A stretch of DNA of 62,996 nucleotides, filler included, from Globobulimina sp. (Eukaryota): the NCBI GenBank assembly GCA_003354225.1. It is 51 parts of 51 records of this genome, joined end to end, with 100 filler letters (N's around TTAATTAATTAA, not from the genome) between each part and the next. Parts side by side here need not be neighbours in the genome. Positions count along the whole stretch, not along the records: positions 61,861 to 62,996 come from PIVH01022634.1; 50 more parts are not named here. The stretch is one strand, 5' to 3'. Position numbers and translations under genes: made by a program. Position 1 is the first letter of the stretch. Each line of letters opens with the position of its first letter. Below are positions 62,369-62,996 of this stretch, in pieces. The notes beneath the pieces are model-generated. The model was not told the DNA's origin, searched no databases, and was given only the letters and a program-made list of their open reading frames with translations.

Positions 62369-62996
62369 TCACGATTCAATTTGAAAGGTAATGCCAGCTT
62401 CATTCAATCGTTGAATTAAAGACGTATTACCAAACACCGTGGAAGGCGTAAAAACACCACCTTTAATTTTTGGAAATCCTTTGCTTAAATCACCACTATT
62501 TATTCTATTCTCTTCTTGTAACAGAACAATGCCGCATTCACATAATATTTTAGCAGTTGCAGAATATCCAATGTCTTTACCAGAGACTGCCGCGGAAATA
62601 TTATAATCACACTTCAATTTATTTAATTCATTAATATCAGACTTATATTTTTTGCATAAACTCACGGAATATCCCTTTGCAAAGAATTTAAATGAAAACG
62701 TTTGTGTTTCTCTTTGTTTTTTTGTAGGTCCATTTTCAGAAAAAACACCAAATGTAAGATACGATGGGTAATTTATTAGTAAATTCCTTCCAAACTCATA
62801 ATTAGTTAAAAAAGTGCCTAACGCAGCGATACCAATCGTTTGCATCACACTCCAATAGCTATTGAATGATATATATGCTGCATATTGAGGAAATGTTTTA
62901 TTTTTTATATTTTGGCAATGTAGCAAAGCACTGCTTATTCCCTGCGAATTGCTAACAACCGCACTGTCTGCAAATGGAAATAGCATCGAATATTTA
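62369..62996 (-). CDS. SCCPDH: Saccharopine dehydrogenase-like oxidoreductase, C-terminal part
   Basis: FS..GPT, VSGKDIGYSATAKILCECGIVLL, GGVFTP..FG..LIQRL..AGITF. Confidence 0.85.
   Translation of the reverse strand, partial: KYSMLFPFADSAVVSNSQGISSALLHCQNIKNKTFPQYAAYISFNSYWSVMQTIGIAALGTFLTNYEFGRNLLINYPSYLTFGVFSENGPTKKQRETQTFSFKFFAKGYSVSLCKKYKSDINELNKLKCDYNISAAVSGKDIGYSATAKILCECGIVLLQEENRINSGDLSKGFPKIKGGVFTPSTVFGNTSLIQRLNEAGITFQIES

Noticed and set aside
1-62996. Apparent gene neighbourhoods, e.g. RTs beside nucleases or CAZymes
   Set aside because: Adjacent contigs are unrelated, so no operon or system can be inferred across linkers
1-62996. Window-wide alternative genetic code
   Set aside because: TAA, TAG and TGA all terminate recognisable genes, and most apparent internal stops are explained by GT-AG introns

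Overview
This window is not one locus. It is a concatenation of about 51 unrelated short contigs (1136-1138 bp each, apparently length-sorted) joined by an artificial 100-nt linker (N44-TTAATTAATTAA-N44), so gene neighbourhoods across linkers mean nothing. Most contigs are AT-rich, gene-dense nuclear DNA from a microbial eukaryote, with short GT-AG introns and a standard code (GCN1, CFAP206, POLA2, CDPK, G-alpha, RGS, TTLL, Rab32/38, mRNA guanylyltransferase, lectins, CAZymes). The gene-family mix looks foraminiferan/Rhizaria-like, which is an inference. Mixed in are four retroelement fragments (a LINE RT, a CRE/SLACS-like RT, an RNase H-bearing LINE, and a Penelope element with a hammerhead ribozyme), a complete bacterial IS982-family element, a giant-virus-like contig and a ~161-bp repeat array. 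The most notable items are: (1) a contig with an exact 119-bp terminal overlap, i.e. a 1,019-bp circle or tandem unit, carrying one wrap-around 242-aa bacterial-type GNAT-like gene ending in SKL; (2) a methyltransferase gene enclosed by a 123-bp inverted copy of its own 5' region; (3) a dispersed palindromic MITE-like repeat; (4) an ADP-ribosyltransferase-like family member with two in-frame TGA codons. All family assignments are by eye from motifs; no searches were run.
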